In this document: positions 48,610 to 62,126 of the stretch, in pieces
Position numbering within the stretch: the stretch's first letter is position 1
Layout: each line of letters starts with the position of its first letter
Origin: Thalia democratica
Taxonomy: Eukaryota
Direction of reading: 5' to 3'
Assembly (NCBI GenBank): GCA_965202585.1
Contig: OZ241833.1
Coordinates: forward strand, 16,182,001 to 16,246,000
DNA length: 64,000 nt
Notes under the pieces: generated by a model
Database searches by the model: none
Told to the model about the DNA's origin: nothing
What the model saw: the letters and a program-made list of their open reading frames with translations, nothing else
Translations under genes and position numbers: made by a program

Positions 48610-51045
48610 CTTAGATTTAAAAATATTTAATTTGAATGTAAATATTAAGAAAGTGTTTTAAAAATATCAAAACTTTTATTTAAAAATTTATTATTATTTT
48701 AAATAATACTAGTATTATGCACTTAAAACACAAAAAACTTATGCAATTTAGTCTTATTAACATTTATTGTATGAGTATCATGTATTGAAAAGGTTGTAAA
48801 ACAATTGGCATTTATGACTAAAAAAAAAAATAAGCTCTACAAGTTAAAAAATAGTTTAATTATTTTAAAGTCAGTTCTGCAACTATTTTGTACAACGCTT
48901 ATATATTTATTAAAGTTGTTTTAATAAAACTGATTGTTATTAACGTTTTAAAAATATTTTTTATACTTCGGTTTTTAAGGTATAGTTATCAATAAAATTC
49001 TGCACAAAATAAAGCTTTGAAGTGTTAAAACTTCTTAATCAGTAAGGGTTTTATAAAGGTGTTATAGATCCTTTAAATATCTTTATTTAGTGTTAAAAAT
49101 ATTTCGAATCAATTTTTTAGTAAAACTAAATAGTTTGAAACTGTAACTTTTTACTTCATATTTTAATTAAGCTGTTTAAAGTCTGTTCAATTAAAACAAT
49201 TTACTAAGTTTTAAGTATGACTTTCACAAAAAGTCACGTGAAAAGATAAAAACACGTGTCTTTTAAATTCTTTTTTAATACAATACGTATGTTGTGGGTG
49301 GCGCTAAAGTTTTATAAAGTTTACTTGGAGCTAAAGAGCAATTTATTAGGTATTAAAAAATTCAAACAGTTAAAACTGTACATACTATTCTTAAAATAAT
49401 ATTAATATCATATATTTTAAAAAGTATTTTGTTATAAAGAGACTTTTTTTTCATATGATGAAGGTATAAAAAACTAACATTTAAAAAAAAAGAGAAAAAA
49501 TTGTTGAACGATATTTACGCTATAAAATTAATAAATTGTTTTCATGAATAATTTATACTGCTTATTCTCGTGACAAATTAAATTCTTAAAACAACTGATA
49601 AATTGTTAGAAATCTCTTTAATATTAAATAAATAACTGAATTATTTTCTTATTTTTCAAATTACCTAATCTAACAGTAGAACAACTAGCTTTTTAAGAAC
49701 AACGTTATTTTGGTTGTATCTAATAGCAAATTTTTGTAATTACCAGAATGACTACAATTGTGTTTTTATTATTAAATTAGTTTATTGAAAAAACAAAAAT
49801 ACGTTTGTATATAACCTTGTAAAATATTCTAAAGTGTATCTACTTCAACTCAATCACAAAACTGTAATTTCTACTATTTTAATAGCTAAAGTTTTAGTGT
49901 AAAACAGTAGATGTCTTATAGCTTAAATAGACCGGATACAGACTATCAAGTATTAATTTTCATTTTAGATAGAAATACATTTTACTGTGGTAAAGTTTAA
50001 CTGTTTAAAAATAATAAGTTTATAAAAACTGATTATACAGTATCAATTATCTAGAAACCTTCAGGAACTTTTAAAACATACTGAACTTTAATATATACTT
50101 TTTAAACTTATTTCAATAATATAAAAATCTAATTAAAAAGAATAATATATAAAAAAGCTCATATTGTTTAAATATATCCTCAAAAAATTGTGAAACTTTT
50201 TCGAGATGTTTCAATTAAGGTTAACTTGTAAAAAATAGAAATTTTTTTTAGTATTATCTACTAAACTCAAACTTAGAAAAAAATACGTACATATCAACTT
50301 TATTAGAAAATAAATCAAGCTATAATCGTTTTTAGATCATTTTATACATAAAGGGTTTGATTTGCTAAAAAGGTATTTCGCGACCTCTGTAACTTTTCTA
50401 AATATTTAAAAAACAATACATTAAAAAGTTTGTCATAAATGTAAAACAAAGCTTTTAGTAACTATAACTGAAAATAATTATTTTTGAAAATTATATTGGC
50501 ATAAAACAGATCCTAAAAGTAAAAAATTATTCAGAAAGTTAAAATCTTAGCATTTCCTTTATTTATACAAATTCAAATGTTAGATCAAGTACTTAAGTAT
50601 TTATTATTTTCTTGAAAAAATTTAGTTTGTTTCAGTTTTAGTTTATTTATAACAAAACGGTTGTAAAGTAATTTTATATAAATTTATATTATTGTGTTTT
50701 AGAAGTCTGTTATTTAGTAAATTATGCTAGTTTCTAGTCTATTGTTTAACTTTTTTATCTGAGATAAAACTATAATTTTTAGATAGAAAACTAAATTCGA
50801 TTTGTTTTACTTCTATTTGAATGTTAACAGTTTTGTAAGTAGTTGATAAAAAAGTACTTACTCTTAACCTAATTAATTTTAATTGACCTTAAAGTGAGGT
50901 TTTTAAAAAATTCTTTGTAATTAAATAATATGGTGAGAAAAGAAAATTATTTTAACTTTAAAAACTACTAAGAAATACACCAAAAAAGAAAAGGTTTACA
51001 GTCTTATTAACTTGTTATAAACAGTACAGACATTATATTATAATC

Positions 51046-52420
51046 CAGTAGTTCCCACAGTGTGCAAGAAAATTTTACTGTGCACCTAGTTGTGCACCAA
51101 ATTTTTACTCTGTCAAAAAAACAAAACTAATTTTCCAAGTCTAGTTATTTAAACATAAATCAAAAGTTTTACTAAAAATGATTCTACAGTTTTGCTTTCT
51201 TTATATGTGGGTAGAATAAAAGATAAAAAAAAATATCATTAAGCTGAAAAACAAAAATACTTGTTTCTTAGAAGTTTCAGAAAATCTACATGGAGGAAGT
51301 AAAACAGTTGAATTAACGAGAAAGTTCCGCTGTCTTACAGCATGACATCTAGAATGTGCTCGCTTATAGCTAATATTTTTTAAATTCGTATAAAAATTAC
51401 GTATGTATGTCTGTTTTTTTTTGTATATCTTGATAAAATAGATGATATAGTGAAGTACAGTTACTAGTTTACTACCGAATTTCCAACTAAAAGCACCAAA
51501 AAAATTCATAACATATGCTTTTTTGTGACTCTGATGGCATACGAACAACTATAATGTCCATTTTCACAAAAATAGGATAGTTTTTTAACGCAGCTTCAAC
51601 AAAGTATTTTTTCGAGATTTTGTTGCGACTGTAAACAAAATAAGAAGAAGTGCAAAAGTAATTCGTGAGTTTTCTGCTTTCTGCAAAGAGTCTTCTATGA
51701 AAGACACAGTAGGAGTTTTTGTTAGAGCGAAAAACACTAATTGAAAAATTACTTAAAGATTTAGTCCGGTTCGGGGGAGTCTACTTATTGTCTAGTATTT
51801 AAAAAATTAAATCAGTTAAATGTTGCAATGCACGAAAAAATTAGAGATTTTTGTATTTTTAAGAGAAAGAAAGTTTGAAACCGTATATCGAAAGTTTTTG
51901 CTCTAGAAACTTTTCAAAGCTTTCAGTTCTTAAGTTTTTTTAAAACTTGTAATCGGGAAGAACAAAGTCCTGAATTTGAATTTAAATCATAGCAGTTGGT
52001 ATCTGAGCATATTCACAGTGTTTTTTTTTTGTTATTTTTCCTAAAGGTTTAATAAATAAGTATAACCAGTATAGATGGATTTTAATTTTTTTGTGTTAAA
52101 AATTTATCAGGATTACAAGCTAATAAAGTGAGAAAAGAGCTTTTGATAGATTTAAGTAATCATACAAGTAAACAAAGCCACTCCTTTTCAGTTTTGAGTA
52201 AAACGCTTAAAGGTTCTGAATCAAAACTTCTAGGACTATAGAATTTAATGAACCATTTATGATGCTAACTGCCTGTTTTGCCAAAAAACCTTTTTCAGCT
52301 TTACTTGACATCTAAAATAAATAAAAAGAGAAACAGGTAAAAAAATTTGATCAGTTGATGTGTGGATCTATAAAAAAAAAAAACTTTGCCTCTAATTGAA
52401 GCCCAATCAAGTAGCAGTTT
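51046..52420 (+). mobile_element. Decayed hAT/Charlie-type transposon in intron 7 of the minus-strand gene
   Basis: Starts with CAGTAGTTCCCACAGTGTG (Charlie-like TIR). Remnant peptides are DFVATVNKIRRSAKVIREFSAFCKE (about 51616-51690) and FSALLDI*NK..KRNR (about 52290-52335). The right end was not identified. Confidence 0.65.
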
Positions 52421-54030
52421 TAATTAGCAACATTTAATTAACAAAATCATTTATTTGAGGTAAGAAAAATAAAAAACAATATAACTGCTGGAAAGCAATG
52501 AATTATAAAAGTTATGTGGTAATGCATCTTTTTAAGTATCACTTTTTATGTTTAAATATTAACAAAATCATTATTTTCTTTTTCTTAAAATAACTATGTT
52601 ATAAAATAAACTTAATTAAACGAATTTTTTAAACTGATTTATTTTTTACATTACACGGCTACTTGACATTACACTGATCATACCAGCAAACGGTAGCTTC
52701 ATGGTAAAATTCAATAGCTGTAAATATGTAGATTAACGAAGATAGTTTTCTTCGGTTATGACTGGACTATTAGTTTTGTTAAGAACAAAACCTAGGATAA
52801 AGTCTACCTAGAACTTTGGGTCTGATGATCGAAGTAATATGATCATTTTTTAATTTTAAAATATATACCTATATAACTTTAACTAGATTAAAGTTTGTTG
52901 TTTTTCGAAAGCCAACAATTTTAACTATTAACATTCAGGATATGTAATAAGCAACAAGTACACATACCTGGGTAGCAAGATTTTTTTTTACAAGTGTTTC
53001 TACAGGATATAGTGTATTCAAAGAATTTAGTTTTCATATGCTACTTTAGTGTCGTTTTTTTAGTAAAAGTTTTTTTTTTATGTAATAGTGTTGTTTAATA
53101 TATTTGATAAGTACAAATAATAACTGTTTGTAATCACCAAGTAAAAGGTTATAAAGCTTAATTAATTAGATAGATGTTAATGTTTTAAAACAAAGCATAC
53201 TAAGAGTACTGAGTTTAAGTAGGGACTGTTGATATCTTTCAGTTTAACTATTATGTAAGACATAAAATATACAACTAAAACAACTTTGATAGAATAAATG
53301 AAATAAAAAGTTTCATTAAAAGGATGATTAATTGACTGAAACGTTTATAACTTCTAGCTTCAGTTTATACATGGCTTGCATGTAAAGTAGGTACAAGTTA
53401 AAACAGGTTTAATCGTAGAAAATAGTTCTTGACAAAAACATGTTTATGTGTTTACGTGTTCCTACCACTAGTGACAGAATTACAACTTGTTGTGTACAGA
53501 ACTTATTTAGTAGTTTACTTTGCCCATATTTTAATTACCTTAAGGACCACTGTAATAATTAAACAAGGCTGTATAGCAAAATATTACAAGTACTACTATT
53601 TTTATAATTTTTATTGTTTATAACAAATAATAAAACTTGAATAGTAAAAATCTTTACCCGTAACAACCTTACTTGTTTAAAAAAAACAGTTTTATACAGA
53701 AGTAACTGTTAATTTAAGTGTTTAAAACATTCGTTAAAACTTATTTTATAACTGTTTAAACTTTTAGTTGTTTAAACTTATCTTTCTATTTAATTGAGTA
53801 ATGTGGGTTAAGAGTAAAGGTTTACTTTTTACTTTTCAGGTAAAATGAGTAAAGTATAGATATTTAGTTATTGTAATAATTTATTAGTAACTTTGAAAAC
53901 TTGTGTATATGTATAAAATTTAAATATTAATATTCATAAATCCGTACTTACAATCCGCTCCTTAAATAGTTGCCAAAAATAATTCTACCTGTGTATAACT
54001 TAACTAAAGTTATAAACTTGCTATATTTAC

Positions 54031-54092
54031 CTCTTCTGATGAAGCTTCGTTTGTTTTTCTCAGTTTTTTTCTGTTTTTGTGATGTTTTCTAG
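54031..54092 (-). CDS. PLDLS-motif protein, exon 7
   Basis: TTTTATAG|CT...GAG|GTAAAT, phase 1 to 0. Reads ARKHHKNRKKLRKTNEASSEE, a basic NLS-like stretch. Confidence 0.78.
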
Positions 54093-54411
54093 CTATAAAA
54101 ATGATTTAATGATAAAATACGTGTATAAGTTTGTGTGTGATGATTTGAAAAATAGAAACAAATTAATATTTTGATAAGTCTAAAAAAGTTATATAAATTT
54201 GAGCAGATTTAAAAAACTTTTTTGATTATAACATATTTGCAAAAAGTAAAGTCATCAAACTTTTGTTTAAAAATCTTAATATAATTCGTACTTAAATTCA
54301 GTTAAAGTCTATACTAACTAAGATGTTACATACCTTCAAAGATAAAAGTTATTTTTTATATAAATTTTTAAAGCTAATTTAAGAAAATATAAAATTATAA
54401 ATAAAACAAAC

Positions 54412-54484
54412 CGTTTTTGCTTCCTGAAGTAAAAATAAGTTCGTCGTCTTTTTTTGTATAATCCTCAGTAAAATCTTCTATATT
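54412..54484 (-). CDS. PLDLS-motif protein, exon 6
   Basis: TTTATGATAG|AAT...AAC G|GTTTGT, phase 0 to 1. Reads NIEDFTEDYTKKDDELIFTSGSKN. Confidence 0.78.
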
Positions 54485-54794
54485 CTATCATAAAAAGAAT
54501 ATAAAGTTTTATTTTTATTAATAAGTTAAATTATTTTACGTTTGTAATTAACTTTTATGTAAACTGTAGAAGGATATATTAGAAACTGACTTAATAAAAA
54601 TATTTTTTGTAACATTATGACAAATATATTGATAACAGTGTTGATATACTAATAAATAATAATAACTCTGTTAAAGCTTTTAAAACACACTCTTAATTGA
54701 ATTAAGTTTATTTATACAAAGTAACACTGTTTATAAAAAATTAAAAATTAAAACAGTATGATAGCTATTTAAAAGCTAAGAAAAAATTCTATAC

Positions 54795-54952
54795 CATTGT
54801 ATTCGGTAAGTCTTCAGCTACTGTGCTTTCTTTTTCTTGATTTTTTAAGTTTTTTAAACAGCTTTGTGATAAAGTAAGTGTTTTATTTTCTTGATTTATA
54901 TCTTCTTTATCAAAAACAACTGATTTCAGTTTTTCTTCATTTGCTTGACATT
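54795..54952 (-). CDS. PLDLS-motif protein, exon 5
   Basis: TTTTTAAG|AA...ATG|GTATAG, phase 1 to 0. Reads ECQANEEKLKSVVFDKEDINQ...EDLPNTM with an open frame throughout. Confidence 0.78.
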
Positions 54953-57659
54953 CTTAAAAATAAAAGGTTCTCGTTAAAAAAAGTGTGTTAGTTTTTATTA
55001 TTATTAAGGTTAATTTAAGCTTACATCTGAAAATATTTCTTTTAATCTATGCACTTGTCTACAGAAACAAATATACGCTAATTTACAGGTAATACTTAGG
55101 CTAGTACAAAAACGAATCAAGTTTGAAACTAAACACTTCACCTACATCTTTTAACATGTTTTATTAGTTAGCTACTTTAAATGGATGAAAAAAAATCTAG
55201 TTTTTAGTGACAACAATTATTTTTTTTTTTTTTGCATATGAAAAAAAATTAAATCGGTATGTAGTTTTGTATGTATGGTTATGTAAAATAAATATTTAAG
55301 TCTTTTTGTCTTAAAAAAGTATATACGTCATGTAAACATTAATGATATATTTTGAAAGGCACTAAGTAGTTTCAATATGAAATAAACATGCATTATAATT
55401 ATAAAGTACACAAGTTTCCTGAAGTTTAGAGTTTTTGCTGTAAATATAAAACTTAGATAAGCTTTTTGCAACGTTTTAAAAGCAATTAAATTCCATTAAC
55501 GATGCTGAATGTCTGTTGACATAACTTAGTATTTTGGTGTAACTATGTATCAAATTTTAAGCTTCTTAAAGTAAAAGTTACAAACTAAAATTATAGCTTT
55601 ATTATTGGTTTAATGATAATACTATTTTAAACTTTTTTACAAGTAATCCAAAAACTTCAAGTCCGTAATCGACAATCTGCGGACAAAGGACCAGTATACT
55701 TTTTGGCCAGTCACGTGCTTTTTAGCTAAAAAAAAAACTGATGCTGTAGAAGCAAGTTCAAGCAAGTTCAACCAACCTTTTTGTAATAAAATTTGTTTTA
55801 CTAATAAAATAATGCTGCCTAGTTTATGTTTATTTCATTAATTTTTTGCTCCTAACTTTTTAAAGGAAAGTTTTCAAAAATACTTCCTTCAAAAAAAAAT
55901 GACACGAGTAGGATTGTCATACTTTTAGTGTAGCCCGCGAAAAACTTTTTCTGTATATATGATTATCTTTATAATATGCTGTCGACTTCTACTCTATACT
56001 ATTTGAAATACGATAGTAGTTCTTTTAACTGGTATTAGTAACGTAAGACTATTAAACACTTAAATCTATAGATTTTTTAAAGTAGCTAGCTTCAGTTGTA
56101 TTAATCATACTTTTTTTGGAATTATGAAGTAGTATATTGATAAACAGCTTCCTTGATTTTTAACTTTGAGGTTGTTTATTTGATAATTTTGAGCAAAAGT
56201 AGCAAAAAATGTTTCACAAAATTAGCTAAAAAGTATATGAAACATAAATGACACTTTGCTGTCAGATATAAATAAGGAAGGAAACATTTTTTTATTGCAA
56301 CAATGAGTTTCAAAGGAAGTACAGAAATAGCTAAATTAGCAAAGGAACACTTTAAAGTTTTAAGTACAGTTTTTGTTCTTATTAGTTATTAACTTAAACT
56401 TCTATTTAAACCGCTTTAATTATTCTCTTATAAATTTACAGTTTTTTTATTCCTACAACCTCTTTTTATATTTTTATGTTTGGTTAAACTGTATAATATT
56501 TTAGACACTACTAAGCTTATATTATAATATAAATATCGTATTTTTTATCAACTTTCCTAACTTATTTTTTTTTACTTAAAAATATTTAACAAGTACTATG
56601 CGTGGTGTTTTAGAATAAGTGAAAGCTAATATTGTTATGTAATAACACGGTACAAAGAATAAAAATGTAATGTAGAAAAACAGACCAAAAATATTTGTCT
56701 GAGTTGACCTCATTTTGTAAAAACTTTTTCGAACATACAAATATCATTTAAATAAACAATTTAAGAATTAGAAAAACCGTAAATAAAATTAAACAAAATG
56801 TTTAATTTTGTATACTTTAACCCGCAATAAGCTTTAGACCTAATTCCTATAACAACAAGCCAAATGTAAGGTCAGTTTTAAAAACATATCACAAAAAACA
56901 ACGTTAATAATTTTATAGCTGAATTTTTTTTTAATTTTGAGTATTCAAACTTCTATAAAAATATGCTCTTGCCTTCTATAAATAAAGTTATGTGCCTTAA
57001 AGTTTTAGTTTACGAAATTTAATAATTAAGATAGTATGAGATCCAGTATTACAACATAGTAATTCATAAATTAGTTTAGTATTTAAAAAAATATTTATTA
57101 AGCTGGAGCAACGTATATTTCTATATATTCTCATAGTCTTAAAAGACTTCAAATATCAAACATTTTTAATAACAAAAGCAAAGAAAGTGCTTAAAAAGAT
57201 CTACAAAGAATTTACCTAAAAGTTTTGTTAGACTATTGTATGTTTATGAGAGTTAAGTGAATTTTAACTTCAAACGTATAAAATCATTAAAACAATTTTT
57301 AATTTAATATGGTTGATTTATCCTAGCTTAATTTTAAAATGATACCAAATGAATTTAAAAAAAATAAAAATGTTTGGTGAAATTGGTTAGTATAAAAAAC
57401 TTTGATTAGTTTTTAAAATAAAAGAAATACAATGAACGACAACATTATTTTTACTTTTTCAGAAAATACAATATTTATTTTTTTTAAAGCATTAAATATT
57501 AAACCTTATTTTTGTTTTTTCACCTAAAAAGGATTTTTTAAACTGTTGATTTTTTTTAAAGTACTCTCTATACAATTTTTTCACGTGATTGTTAATGACA
57601 GTTTTTTTGTTTATGACAACTTTAAATCTGTCTTCTATTCAAGTATTAAAAAATTCTAC

Positions 57660-57773
57660 CTTTTATAAAATTTCTTGGTAGCTCTTCAATTTTTTCACTA
57701 TTGTCAACTTCTAAATTTGTTTTTATTTCTTGTGCATCTTTTGTTATCAAATCTGCGTGAGAATCTTCAAAAT
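57660..57773 (-). CDS. PLDLS-motif protein, exon 4
   Basis: TTTTTAG|AT...AAA G|GTAGAA, phase 1 to 1. Reads DFEDSHADLITKDAQEIKTNLEVDNSEKIEELPRNFIK. Confidence 0.8.
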
Positions 57774-58072
57774 CTAAAAATAGTTATACGCCTTTTGTAA
57801 TCGAGATTAGAAAAATTTTATTGTCTAACCTCAGTAATTTTTACTTTTTTATTGTAAAATTAATTCAATATGTTTATTTACTTAAAAACAATTTTTTTTT
57901 TACTTATAATACTAATGATAAGCTTCGCTGTTACAACAGCATATATCTAAATAATAAAAGTTTTCGAATTAACTTTAAAATGCTGCTTAGTTAAATGTTA
58001 GCGCTATAAAACAATTAACAAAAATTAAAGTTTTATTGAATTTATAACTATGCTCAAAGTAAATGCACCAAC

Positions 58073-58328
58073 CGTTTCCGCAATCATCAACAAAGTCAAA
58101 AGTTTCCGTTTTTTCGTTATCATTTTTTGTGTCTTTTGTTATAGTTTCTTCTTCATGGTCATTTTTATCTTTTTTATTTTCATTTAGAGTTGTAATTAGA
58201 CTGCTACTTTTACAATTTTCAGTTAAGATAACTTCGTTGTCTTTTTTTTCTTTCATTTGTATAAAACTTTTTTTTGACATAGAATTACAAACTGTTTTAG
58301 TTGCTTTTTTTTCTTTTATAATTTCCCT
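58073..58328 (-). CDS. PLDLS-motif protein, exon 3
   Basis: GATAACAG|AGG...AAC G|GTTGGT, phase 0 to 1. Reads REIIKEKKATKTVCNSMSKK...FDFVDDCGN and extends the track ORF 57987-58280. Confidence 0.8.
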
Positions 58329-58951
58329 CTGTTATCAAGTAGCACACACAATGTTTTAAGACAGAATAAAGCAACATTTTAGTTAGTTGTAGCTTAAAAA
58401 TTTAGTTTTATTAAAATCTAAACGAAACATAAAAGAAACTTTCATTAAACTCATGCAAGTAGAAGTAAAATTATACATTATAAAACAAATGAAAAATTAA
58501 ATAGTTTAATATAGAAAATTAAAGTTATGTTAAGAAAACTATTAGGAAAGGCAATAGTTTGTAAGAGAAAGTTTCTTTAAAAAACTTAAATTAAATTACT
58601 TTTATTTTAAAGCTGCAATATTATTAGAAATACTAATTATTTAAAGTATTATGATAGACGTTCGAACATATAGACCCAAAAAAAAACCTAGGATTTTTTT
58701 TTTTATTTTAAGAAATTTTAAGTAGTATTTATTACGGCCATCATCAACAAAGTTGAGACAAAACCGGTCTTAGGTTGTTTGTATGCTGTTGTTGATGGTC
58801 GCGTGGTGAAGTTCATTACTTATTATATAAGATATTTTAAGGTACGTTATGTCAAGCAAGTAAAAAAGGTGTACTTGATATAAGTTTAAAAAAAATTAGG
58901 CAATATTATATAAAATGCAATGATAATTCTAAATATTTTAATCAAACGAAC

Positions 58952-59316
58952 CTTTTTTACAATTTCTGGAATCCTATTTTTGCTTTTATAACTTTCAGCA
59001 AGAAACGGGGTAAAATTTATCTCGTCTATTTTTCTCCAATCTTCAGAAACTTTCTTAAAGACAGATTCCGTTGGGACTTTAGATCTATTAAAATTCTGCA
59101 CTACTATTGGATCCTCTAAGTAATTTTTCATGTAAGTACTTTCAATTCTTGCAGCATCTTTACATTGGTGATGCGGGATAGAATAATCGGACTTGTGTAG
59201 CTTTACATTTTTACTTAGATTTTTGTTACGTGGATGTTGCAAATTTGACCTACTATTAGTGATATTTTTATTCGTCCAATTTTGATTAAATTGGCTTCCA
59301 TTGCTTTGTTCAGTAT
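58952..59316 (-). CDS. PLDLS-motif protein, exon 2
   Basis: TACATACAG|AT...AAG|GTTCGT, phase 1 to 0. Reads NTEQSNGSQFNQNW...QHPRNK...PEIVKK. Confidence 0.8.
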
Positions 59317-60136
59317 CTGTATGTAATTATAAATTTTTCAGTAATTTTTTTTTTTTTTTGTTACTAAAATCTTCACTAGTTCTAACAAAGTCAAAAAGCA
59401 GCTCCTTTAAAACTAAGAATTTTTTTAAATACTTATTTTTAAGTCCCTTGTTTTAATTTAACTTGGGAACGATCTAATAAGATTTAACTTTACAAAATTA
59501 ATGCACAATAGATAGCTTGACTAAGGAGTTTAAGAATAACTACACAAAATCCTTAACTCGGTTGAACTATTTTAAAAACATTTACCAAGCTAAAAATATT
59601 TTAGTTTTTTGAACTACATACAAACTAAAAAATATGCAAAGAAAATACTTTAACTTTGTAAATTTAAAACCAAGACTTTTGTAATTATGAAATATATTTT
59701 TAAAGTTTTTGGGTGCAATTGATTATTAATTTGCACTCAAATTTATTTTAACAATTATGTCATCTTAGTTTTACTATATCCCAGCATGTGTAATCTTAGA
59801 AATTTTAACAAATAAAAAACTTGTAGTTTTTTAGCTCCAACAAATAAAAAATTTATTTACAATGTTGTTAAACGGTATATTACGTGAACTTCTTGTGATT
59901 TATAGTATGAAAGCTTATAGTAGGTATATTAATTTATTAAAAACTTTTTATTACAATGTTCGGTTTTATTATTACCATAAAAATTGTTGTAATATCTTAC
60001 TACTCTTAAGTAAACCAGTAAAAACGATGTTTTTTAGAACAAACTAAAATAAACTAATGATTTTAATACTTAAAACAAAACAAGCTACCTAATTGTAAGT
60101 ATTGTAGGTAAACAATAAGTAAAAATTTTAGCTTAC

Positions 60137-62126
60137 TTTTTGAGAGAGATGACTTGATGTTCTGGTGATTAGCCTTGCTCGTACGAAAACTTGTCTTGTT
60201 CTTTTCTTTCATGTATCTATCTGCAGCCAGTTCCATTTCAATCTGTATCTCTATATTTCGTTTTAGTTCATCTAGCTGGTTTGGTGTCAAAGAATAATCT
60301 TGGCTAAAGTTCGTTACTTTTTTAGGTGCCTGGTACCTTGTCTGTTGCTTTAGTAGTTTAGCCTCTTTACTTAAGTTACTACACGCTTTATTAGATTGAA
60401 AACTTGATCCAGGAGTGTTAAGTTTTTGATTTTTGTTTGATGGTCTGAGGTGTGCGTTGCAAATTTCTTTTGTGTGATTTTTACACGTTAACTGGTTTTT
60501 GGGTATGTATGTATTTTTACGGTTTTTCTTATTGTTGTCTACTTGCACTTGGTTTATTGCACTATTATGTCGAAATAGTAAATTATCCTGGCTCGAACTT
60601 CTTACATGCGCTACTTCTGCCACCTTGTTCCACACATTATAGTATTTAGATTGACTTTGGGCAAAGTTATGAGCTTCATTAAGCACATTGTAAGGCGGCA
60701 GGACATTGTAGAAGTTTGATGGGGTGTGTTTTCTCATGATTCCTCCATTATTTCTTTGGTGAGGAATAAAACTTTTATTTTTAGGAATCATATCGTCGAT
60801 CTTTTTGTTTTGATTAATCCATAGTTGACTTATTTGGTTAAAGTTATTAGAATTTTGAACTTTCGGGTAGCTTGATAAACCCTTTTTTACTAGGTTACTA
60901 TTACTTAAATGATGCGCTTGTTTTTTTGCAATAAAAGATTCTTTACTTCTTAGAGCTTGAGACCTATCTATACTAAGTTCATTTGGAATCAAATTTTGTT
61001 TAAGTGCCGCCTCTAAAAACTCCGAGTGCGGAACACTTGTCTGTGGTATATTAGAGTTAAACACTAAGCGTGGTTCAGGCTGGTGGTTATTACCTCTTGA
61101 CTGCGTGCGAATTTGCTTTGTTGCAGAGTGATGCAGACCGCTACAGTTAAAATTTATTAGTTTGTTTGCTTCTTGTACTTGACTTGAAATTGTTGCGTTT
61201 TCTTGAAGTCTATTGAAATTTTTGTTTTTTGTCAGGTCAATGTTTATGCTTTTAGCTGGTAAATTGTTCGTTTTTGTCAGCTCTCTTGAATAGTGGTTAG
61301 TGTTTGCATTATTTGTTTGGTTATAAAAAGACGAGCTTGCGTGATAGTTACGACTGTTTGAGCTAGAAACTGCTGAATTCAAGTTTGTTTGTGCCAATCT
61401 CACTGCACTGTTATAATGCCTCTGTGAATTAGAATAACAATTATTTATTAGCACTTCTTGGTATTGATTCAGTTCTTTTGTTTGGTTTATATCAGAAGTT
61501 TTGTATGAGTTTATTAATTGGTTGTTTATTAAGGTGTTTATATCAAGTGAGGCTTTTCTTTCCTTTCTTTGAGTATTTCTTTTCAAACGCTTGTAAGTAA
61601 CATTTTTTTGTTTTTCTTTTGTTTTTACTCTTTTTGAAGTATCCTTATGGTTGAAAGGAACTTTGTTTAAACTAGCCTGATTGTTGTTACAATCTGTTAC
61701 AAAGTTGTTGCTTGCAGGTTGAGCAAGTAAGTTGGCTAATTCATTTGGCTTGTCGTTAAAATTCAAAACAGGAATATTTTGAGCTAATTTGTTAAGGTTC
61801 ATGTAGCTATCCACACTAAATGGGTTAAAAGTTTGATTACTGTTTCCATTGTTTACCAAGTGATTAACTTCTTTATCGTTTTTGCCTATGCTTGCTTCAT
61901 TGAAGTTGTCACTCCTAACAATATCTTTATTATTTCGCATCTTCTTAGAACATATTTTATTTGTTACACTGCTTGTTGATGACCTTTTTAAGCTTAAGTC
62001 TAGTGGTTGTTGATATAAATCCATGATTCTAATTGATTTTGCTGCTTCGTAAGTGTTTGACTCGGACGCGCTGTTTGAACTGTGTGAATCTAAACTGTCT
62101 AGTCTGCTGTTTACACTATTTAACAT
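60137..62126 (-). CDS. PLDLS-motif protein, large first coding exon (N/S/Q/K-rich, disorder-like)
   Basis: 663 open codons in AT-rich DNA, with donor AAA A|GTAAGC at 60136. PLDLS is at aa 41-45 (62006-61992) and IDLT at 61241-61230. An acceptor TTTTTACAG| lies 8 nt before the ATG. Confidence 0.9.

Noticed and set aside
49235-49258. Paired CACGTG E-boxes in intron 7 (others at about 41777, 55715 and 57583)
   Set aside because: Short motifs without further support, so no function can be assigned from sequence alone.
1559-53623. Remaining short track ORFs (e.g. 1559, 2079, 4808, 8344, 10278, 11461, 17306, 28124, 37498, 40838, 45995, 47174, 47644, 51201, 53429)
   Set aside because: Their K/F/I/L/Y-biased composition is what AT-rich non-coding DNA yields. 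I found no motifs or consistent splice partners, and several overlap transposon remnants.
53952-53988. Micro-exon VELFLATI* after exon 7 of the PLDLS gene
   Set aside because: It would require a 42-nt intron and gives an immediate stop. Direct splicing to 48609 is more parsimonious.
58063-60649. Plus-strand ORFs 58063-58359, 59862-60047 and 60452-60649
   Set aside because: These are antisense shadows of the minus-strand exons or AT-rich intron, with no independent coding signal.
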